In this document: piece after piece, positions 15,424 to 20,000 of the stretch
Layout: each line of letters opens with the position of its first letter
Position numbering within the stretch: the first letter of the stretch is position 1
Source of the DNA: an uncultured virus (IMG/VR IMGVR_UViG_2061766007_000578)
Taxonomy: Duplodnaviria > Heunggongvirae > Uroviricota > Caudoviricetes
Direction: 5' to 3' (one strand)
Length of the DNA stretch: 20,000 bases
Virus record (IMG/VR): IMGVR_UViG_2061766007_000578
Notes under the pieces: model-generated
The model's input: only the letters and a program-made list of their open reading frames with translations
What the model was told of the DNA's origin: nothing
Database searches by the model: none
Position numbers and translations under genes: made by a program

Positions 15424-15603
15424 ATGATAAACGCAACATTAAATGTAAATAGCCTGCCAAATTTGGAAGATAAAACGGGTTATATGGTAGTAATCAACGA
15501 TCACGGTAAGCTGTGGTATTACGGCTTGTATGAAACATTAGAACGGGCAGAACAGGCAATAGAGGAAACAGGCAGAGAAGATTTGTTTGTGGTGAAGATA
15601 TGA
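15424..15603 (+). CDS. Hypothetical phage protein
   Basis: ATG 15424 after AAGGGGG; 59 aa. Confidence 0.65.
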   Translation: MINATLNVNSLPNLEDKTGYMVVINDHGKLWYYGLYETLERAEQAIEETGREDLFVVKI

Positions 15604-15782
15604 AAGAATGTGAGAATTGCGAACTATTGTTAAAAATCAGAAATGAAATCACCGATTTACAGACATACCTTTGCTATACAGGTGATGAAAAGAAGATAGA
15701 ACTGGATAAAGTGTTAGAAATAATTGATTACTATATCGGAGATAAATATGATGATTATTGTAGTATAGCCACAATAAAATAG
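15600..15782 (+). CDS. Hypothetical phage protein
   Basis: ATGA overlap; IRNEI...LDKVLEIID resembles the C-terminus of 17384..17701. Confidence 0.6.
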   Translation: MKECENCELLLKIRNEITDLQTYLCYTGDEKKIELDKVLEIIDYYIGDKYDDYCSIATIK

Positions 15783-15786
15783 AACA

Positions 15787-15899
15787 CCTCCTGTTCAATT
15801 TCTGTTCGACAAGTGGTACGGGTGTACGCCGTTTAGAACTATTCACGGTATAAAAACCCGTGTTATCGTTGAATCAGGAACAGAAAAAAGAAAAGGAGG
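15787..15899 (+). ncRNA. Candidate structured intergenic RNA / translational switch
   Basis: Nested pairings CCTCCT/AGGAGG, TTTCTGTTC/GAACAGAAA, ACGGGT/ACCCGT, GCCGT/ACGGT. Confidence 0.45.
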
Positions 15900-15907
15900 A
15901 AACGCTT

Positions 15908-16036
15908 ATGACAAATCACGAAATTATTAAAAGGTTAGGATGTTTGGATATCAGGGATGCAGAGCCAGAGGATTACGAAGCCCTTGTTTTGGCTATTGAA
16001 ATCTTAAAAGAAATCAAAAACAACGAAGAAGGATAA
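15908..16036 (+). CDS. 42-aa hypothetical protein (not in ORF track)
   Basis: SD AAAGGAGG; MTNHEIIKRL...YEALVLAIEILKE. Confidence 0.65.
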   Translation: MTNHEIIKRLGCLDIRDAEPEDYEALVLAIEILKEIKNNEEG

Positions 16037-16040
16037 GAAA

Positions 16041-16181
16041 ATGAAAGAAAACGGTCATAGATATTGCGACAGATGCGGAGTGATACTCACAAAAGCCAAT
16101 AACAAAGGCGGTTATGAAATATGCGACAGGTGTAATGAATGGTTAGAGGAATATGTGAGAGGTAAAGAGAATGACAAATGA
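16041..16181 (+). CDS. 46-aa Zn-finger protein (not in ORF track)
   Basis: CDRC...CDRC; overlaps start of next ORF. Confidence 0.6.
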   Translation: MKENGHRYCDRCGVILTKANNKGGYEICDRCNEWLEEYVRGKENDK

Positions 16182-16812
16182 ACAGCATATCGAAAACTTG
16201 AAGAAGCTGAAATCATTTCATAACGGTTCATACGATGCGTCCGTCAATGCCGCAATAAACGCCCTTGAACACGAACAGGCATTAAAAGAAGCGTTTAATA
16301 TTGCCGTTCTGTACGGAAAAGAAAAAGGAATGGAAGCAATAGACAAGGCGCTCTACCAGATAGGAAAGGATGGGATTAAAGAACAGGAGATCAAAGCATT
16401 AGAGCAACAGCCGTGTGAGGATGCTATAAGCAGACAAGCGGTGCTTGAAGCGATAGATGCAAAGGCGTGGGAGTTTTGCGATTATCTGATAAGCAAGAAC
16501 AGAAACGATGAGCAGAAACCTGTTTCACATTTTGCTGATAACTTGCGTGAGTGCGTTAGTGAAGATTTACCGCCCGTCAATGCACAGCCAAAGACAGGGC
16601 ATTGGATAGTTGATGGTTCAGTTGATTGTTATTTAGACAAAGTAAGATGTCATTGTTCCGAGTGTGGAAAAAAGAAAGAATTTCCTGCCGATTATGACCA
16701 TATAAAGCATAAATTGTCTATCAGTTATCAATATCCCGAATTTATTGATAACTATTGTCCTAATTGTGGTGCAAAGATGGTTGATCCACAGGAAAGTGGG
16801 GATAAGGAATGA
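16171..16812 (+). CDS. Mosaic phage protein with C-terminal Zn ribbon
   Basis: PCEDAISRQAVL, KTGHWI, CSECG, NYCPNCGAKM. Confidence 0.8.
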   Translation: MTNEQHIENLKKLKSFHNGSYDASVNAAINALEHEQALKEAFNIAVLYGKEKGMEAIDKALYQIGKDGIKEQEIKALEQQPCEDAISRQAVLEAIDAKAWEFCDYLISKNRNDEQKPVSHFADNLRECVSEDLPPVNAQPKTGHWIVDGSVDCYLDKVRCHCSECGKKKEFPADYDHIKHKLSISYQYPEFIDNYCPNCGAKMVDPQESGDKE

Positions 16813-17072
16813 CACACGATGAACTAATGAAGATAAATGAGCAGATAGATGATCTTGAAAATATAGCAGATATGCTTGTGATAAGGAAAGGCTCAACGAA
16901 CGGTGATGTAATTAAGGCTATATTTCCAAATTTTGAATTTTACCCTGTTGAACATATGAGCAAGTTATATAGCCCCCAAATAAAAGGACTTGGAACAAGC
17001 GGATATTTTGAAATGGGTTTTGATTTAGAATGGTGGAACTCACCATATAAGGCAGATAAGGAGGGTGATTGA
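16809..17072 (+). CDS. Hypothetical phage protein
   Basis: TNGDVIKAIFPN...EWWNSPYK; ATGA overlap. Confidence 0.75.
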   Translation: MTHDELMKINEQIDDLENIADMLVIRKGSTNGDVIKAIFPNFEFYPVEHMSKLYSPQIKGLGTSGYFEMGFDLEWWNSPYKADKEGD

Positions 17073-17273
17073 ATGGATTTAATAAAAATTGAAACATACG
17101 AAAATGGAAAGACATTGGAGCATTTCATAAATTTTAGATACATTGTCAGAATGTCTGATTTGTTAAGCGGTCAATCTGAAATAATACTTGAAAGTGGAGA
17201 TAGATATATAGTCAATCAGAGTATATACCAAATCAAAGAAATGATAGATAGGGCAAGAAATAAGGAGGGGTGA
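17073..17273 (+). CDS. Hypothetical phage protein
   Basis: SD AAGGAGG. Confidence 0.7.
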   Translation: MDLIKIETYENGKTLEHFINFRYIVRMSDLLSGQSEIILESGDRYIVNQSIYQIKEMIDRARNKEG

Positions 17274-17277
17274 TTGA

Positions 17278-17379
17278 ATGAATCAATTTACACTAATCCA
17301 TCTAAACGGAAAATATTATATCTATACAGTAACACACACAGGCGGCAAAGTGCTTGTGAACATTGAGAGGGTGGGGTGA
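17278..17379 (+). CDS. 33-aa hypothetical protein (not in ORF track)
   Basis: MNQFTLIHLNGKYYIYTVTHTGGKVLVNIERVG*; SD AAGGAGG; bounded by repeated GGGTGATTGAATG junctions. Confidence 0.55.
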   Translation: MNQFTLIHLNGKYYIYTVTHTGGKVLVNIERVG

Positions 17380-17383
17380 TTGA

Positions 17384-17701
17384 ATGAGGTTAATAAAAAA
17401 AGACAAAATGCTTGCTGATGGTTCATTTTGTATGGATATTGCTTGTTGTTCGTGTTCGTTGTCATACATCAATGAGTCGGAGCATCGTATGGATTGTCGT
17501 GTTTTTAAATGGATTAGAGAGCAATCTACCATTCAAGCCGTACCTATTGAGGTATTGCAGGAGATAAGGGACGAACTAACAAAACACTATGTTGATCCGT
17601 ATAACAGGAACGCTTTTCGTTATACTACGGTATCACTTTTAGATGTTCTCGATTTAATTGATAAGCACATAAAGGAGTACACAAATGAAACTGATAATTG
17701 A
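17384..17701 (+). CDS. Hypothetical Cys-containing phage protein
   Basis: MRLI start; CMDIACCSC; 105 aa. Confidence 0.7.
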   Translation: MRLIKKDKMLADGSFCMDIACCSCSLSYINESEHRMDCRVFKWIREQSTIQAVPIEVLQEIRDELTKHYVDPYNRNAFRYTTVSLLDVLDLIDKHIKEYTNETDN

Positions 17702-18080
17702 TATACCCGAAGATATAAAAGTAGCGATAGATCAAATGGGATTATTAAGAATACCCAATGAAATGCAGAAAAAGGTTGATAAGGCAATTCAATATGGCAC
17801 ACCACTTCCAAAAGGACATGGCAGACTTGGTGATTTAGACGCACTTAAAGATTTTTGTACTGGTCGTGAAATAGGTAATAGTCTTACCGGAGAAATATTG
17901 GTTACTGTTGGTCATTACAAGGATGGTGATGAAATAAACAAGAAACTATTCAGTGAAGAAATAGCACCAACAATCATAGAAGCAGACAAGACAGTAATCG
18001 AAAAAGAAGTTCAATTTGAAAGAATCTGGAATCATACAGTTGATGAAATGAAACGGAGAGATATAGGAGGGACGGAATGA
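17685..18080 (+). CDS. Hypothetical phage protein (IDIPE...HGRL...APTIIEAD family, copy 1)
   Basis: SD AAGGAG; shares motifs with 18255..18523. Confidence 0.8.
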   Translation: MKLIIDIPEDIKVAIDQMGLLRIPNEMQKKVDKAIQYGTPLPKGHGRLGDLDALKDFCTGREIGNSLTGEILVTVGHYKDGDEINKKLFSEEIAPTIIEADKTVIEKEVQFERIWNHTVDEMKRRDIGGTE

Positions 18081-18271
18081 CACTACGAACAAAAGGCGAA
18101 CAAAAAGCATACCTTGACGGCTATGAAATGTGTGCTGATTGTATCGAAAAGTATCTGACTGATGAGGGCAAACGGAAATTAGAATGTTTGCTTGTTGCTG
18201 TGAGAAATGCGGTAGAAATTGAAGATATTGAGCCACAGGAAAGTGAGGGATCAAATGCAGATAGTAATTGA
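18077..18271 (+). CDS. Hypothetical phage protein
   Basis: SD AGGAGG, ATGA overlap; ends EPQESEG like 16171..16812 (DPQESG). Confidence 0.7.
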   Translation: MTLRTKGEQKAYLDGYEMCADCIEKYLTDEGKRKLECLLVAVRNAVEIEDIEPQESEGSNADSN

Positions 18272-18523
18272 TATACCCGAAGAAGTGTATGAGAAGTGCA
18301 TGGACGGATTTTATATAAAAACCTATGGGAATGAACTTGTGAAGTTGATTCATAATTTTACTATTCTTCCCGAACATCACGGAAGATTGATTGATGCAAA
18401 AGCATACGAACAGGATATTCGCAAGCATTATTTTGACAACAGTACAATTATCAGATGCACCGAAATAGCACTTGATAATGCACCAACAATCATAGAAGCA
18501 GATAAGGCAGAAAGTGAGGATAA
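18255..18523 (+). CDS. Hypothetical phage protein (IDIPE...HGRL...APTIIEAD family, copy 2), 3' end runs into gap
   Basis: MQIVIDIPEE...LPEHHGRLIDA...APTIIEADKAESED. Confidence 0.75.
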
Positions 18524-18533
18524 NNNNNNNNNN
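18524..18533. other. Scaffold gap (10 N)
   Basis: Run of N. Confidence 1.
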
Positions 18534-19104
18534 CTTTGATGGAATTCGGCAGATCCAGAAGAAATATGTGGAACTGATACAGGACAAATCAAAAGAAGCA
18601 GGAGCCGACAAGGAAGAAAAACAGATCCTGCCGATGTCGATCATTCTCACAGCGGATGAAATTGCTGAAGAATATCTCTTTCAGGACGGGATCAGGCTTG
18701 ATCTTGATGATTGTCTGAACCTTCTGAAAAACAAGGGCGAGGTTTCGGAGCACAAGCGAGCATACCAGTATTTGAAAGAAACTATTGCATCCAACATGTT
18801 CCGGTTCAACGTGGATGAGGCTGACAAGGTTGAAACATGGGGTCTTTTTGATGAAAAGGAAGAAAAAGCAACGATCATCGGCAAACAGTTTGACAAAATT
18901 ATGAGCGAAGCCGGTTTTCAGACAAAAGCATTCCTGAGTTGGGCAAAAAAACACATGTTATTAAAAACAGATTTGAATGGAAATCCGAAGGTTCAGGTCA
19001 AGATCAACAAGTCAAATTGTCGTTGTGTGGTGTTGGACTTATCACATGAGACAGAGAGCGAAACCTTCATGGATCCTACGTTTGACGACATTCCGTTTGA
19101 TTGA
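18534..19104 (+). CDS. C-terminal part of a probable primase/helicase-type (DUF927-like) replication protein, 5'-truncated by gap
   Basis: EKQILPMSIILTADEIA, FLSWAKKHMLL, RCVVL and acidic DDIPFD tail; followed by an iteron array. Family call is from recollection of similar phage proteins. Confidence 0.55.
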
Positions 19105-19108
19105 AAGC

Positions 19109-19305
19109 GGTAACAAGGTAACAAGGTAACAAAATGAAATATAACCCTTGATGAAAAAATGAAAAAATGAAATTTCACTTTTTTCCTCGCGCGCGTAGGA
19201 AACACGAAAAAAAGTTGTTACTTTGTTACCATGCCCGAAAACGTGTCAACCATGCGTGTTTGAGCGGTAACAAAACGGTAACAACGGTAACAAAAAATTG
19301 TTACC
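19109..19305. repeat. Second origin-like region with GGTAACAA repeats
   Basis: Direct GGTAACAA at 19109, 19117, 19125, 19266, 19277, 19286; inverted TTGTTAC(C) at 19215, 19223, 19298; central CGCGCGCG (19188-19195) in A/T tracts. Confidence 0.75.
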
Positions 19306-19333
19306 ACATTTTCCACAATTTAAGGAGATATAT

Positions 19334-19594
19334 ATGAAAGATACAGAATTGACGCGGTATTCAGAAATTTTCACCGCTGCCTGGAAGTTCTTCAAGACAC
19401 ACATCAACATGGACGGATCGGAAGAATGGTACAAGCACATGGCAGAAGATGCACGAAAGCAGATAGAGGACTTCAACCAAACAGATCACGACTTTGCGAC
19501 GAGCATTTTTGCAGCGGTCTGTTCAGCGGTTCAGCGGAATGAGATAGGAAGGAGGGGCAAACGTGACGGAAATCAGCAAGGCATTCCTGGATGA
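19334..19594 (+). CDS. Hypothetical phage protein
   Basis: ATG 19334 after AAGGAG; EIFTAAWKFFK. Confidence 0.7.
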   Translation: MKDTELTRYSEIFTAAWKFFKTHINMDGSEEWYKHMAEDARKQIEDFNQTDHDFATSIFAAVCSAVQRNEIGRRGKRDGNQQGIPG

Positions 19595-19805
19595 ATTAGA
19601 TACATGGGAATGTAACGGTGTGAATGTTGGGCAGGCCATCAGGAAGCAATTTGTGCCGGAGCATCTGCCAGAAGTGGAAGTCGATGACGGGACAGATGAA
19701 TATGGCAAGCGAATTATCTATCCAAAGCCATACTGTCCTGATTGTGAAAAAGTATCATACACCGGCAGATATTGTCAGCATTGCGGGAGGAGGTTGAGAA
19801 AATGA
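19563..19805 (+). CDS. Small Zn-ribbon protein
   Basis: RKQFVP...YCPDC...YCQHCGRRL; SD AAGGAGG. Confidence 0.7.
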   Translation: MTEISKAFLDELDTWECNGVNVGQAIRKQFVPEHLPEVEVDDGTDEYGKRIIYPKPYCPDCEKVSYTGRYCQHCGRRLRK

Positions 19806-19966
19806 AATGTCCGTATTGTGAGTCTACAAACATCGAAGTATACAGTGGCTATCGCAAGGGCCCGGATTACATCAGATACCGCAAATGCAGGAGCTGCTTC
19901 CGGAACTTCAAAACAGTTGAACGGGTGTCTGAACGTGAACTGAAGAAGGCGGAGGTGACGGCATAA
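19802..19966 (+). CDS. NrdR-N-terminus-like Zn-ribbon protein (no ATP cone)
   Basis: MKCPYC...IRYRKCRSCFRNFKTVER; ATGA overlap start at 19802. Confidence 0.7.
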   Translation: MKCPYCESTNIEVYSGYRKGPDYIRYRKCRSCFRNFKTVERVSERELKKAEVTA

Positions 19967-20000
19967 TGGCAAAACAACTCAACAGGGTGATATCTGAAAA
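19966..20000 (+). CDS. Partial ORF running off the window
   Basis: SD GGAGGTG, TAATG overlap, MAKQLNRVISE... Confidence 0.5.
   Translation, partial: MAKQLNRVISE

Larger units (their letters stand above)
1..18523. mobile_element. Temperate phage genome segment (attP-lysogeny-replication-accessory modules)
   Basis: Canonical order attP-int-cI/cro-recombination-replication, tightly overlapping ORFs with strong Firmicute SD motifs, no host housekeeping context. Confidence 0.93.

Noticed and set aside
15782..15807. LexA/SOS box (GAAC-N7-GTTC-N7-GTTC)
   Set aside because: Firmicute boxes are GAAC-N4-GTTC; N7 spacing does not fit this host group, and the bases are explained by the hairpin.
18514..18539. 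ORFs reading through the N run (18219..18539, 18514..19104, 17946..18650)
   Set aside because: Artefacts of translating across a scaffold gap of unknown true size.

Overview
Temperate Caudoviricetes-type phage DNA from a low-GC Firmicute host (Clostridiales/Lachnospiraceae-like by gene content; host assignment is inference). Left to right: (i) a three-gene accessory operon (Gly-rich/TM/coiled-coil Cys-rich protein, small beta-rich Cys protein, Arg/Tyr-rich protein) with a structured 5' leader and a UUCG terminator; (ii) an apparently intact attP: the 3' half of tRNA-Lys(UUU) flanked on both sides by TGTCCGAT arm repeats, implying the excised/free form; (iii) lysogeny module (tyrosine integrase, HTH protein, cI/cro switch with divergent promoters, small ORF antisense to cI); (iv) early/recombination/replication module (Xis-like, cold-shock domain, membrane-anchored lytic transglycosylase, DUF1351, ERF, NinB-like, adenine MTase, RusA, initiator with 11-bp iterons, loader, DnaB, SSB, a phage-encoded DnaN clamp); (v) an array of small accessory ORFs sharing junction sequences; (vi) after a 10-N gap at 18524-18533, the end of a second, different replication module with GGTAACAA repeats, probably from another phage joined by scaffolding. 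All calls are from reading the sequence; no searches were run.
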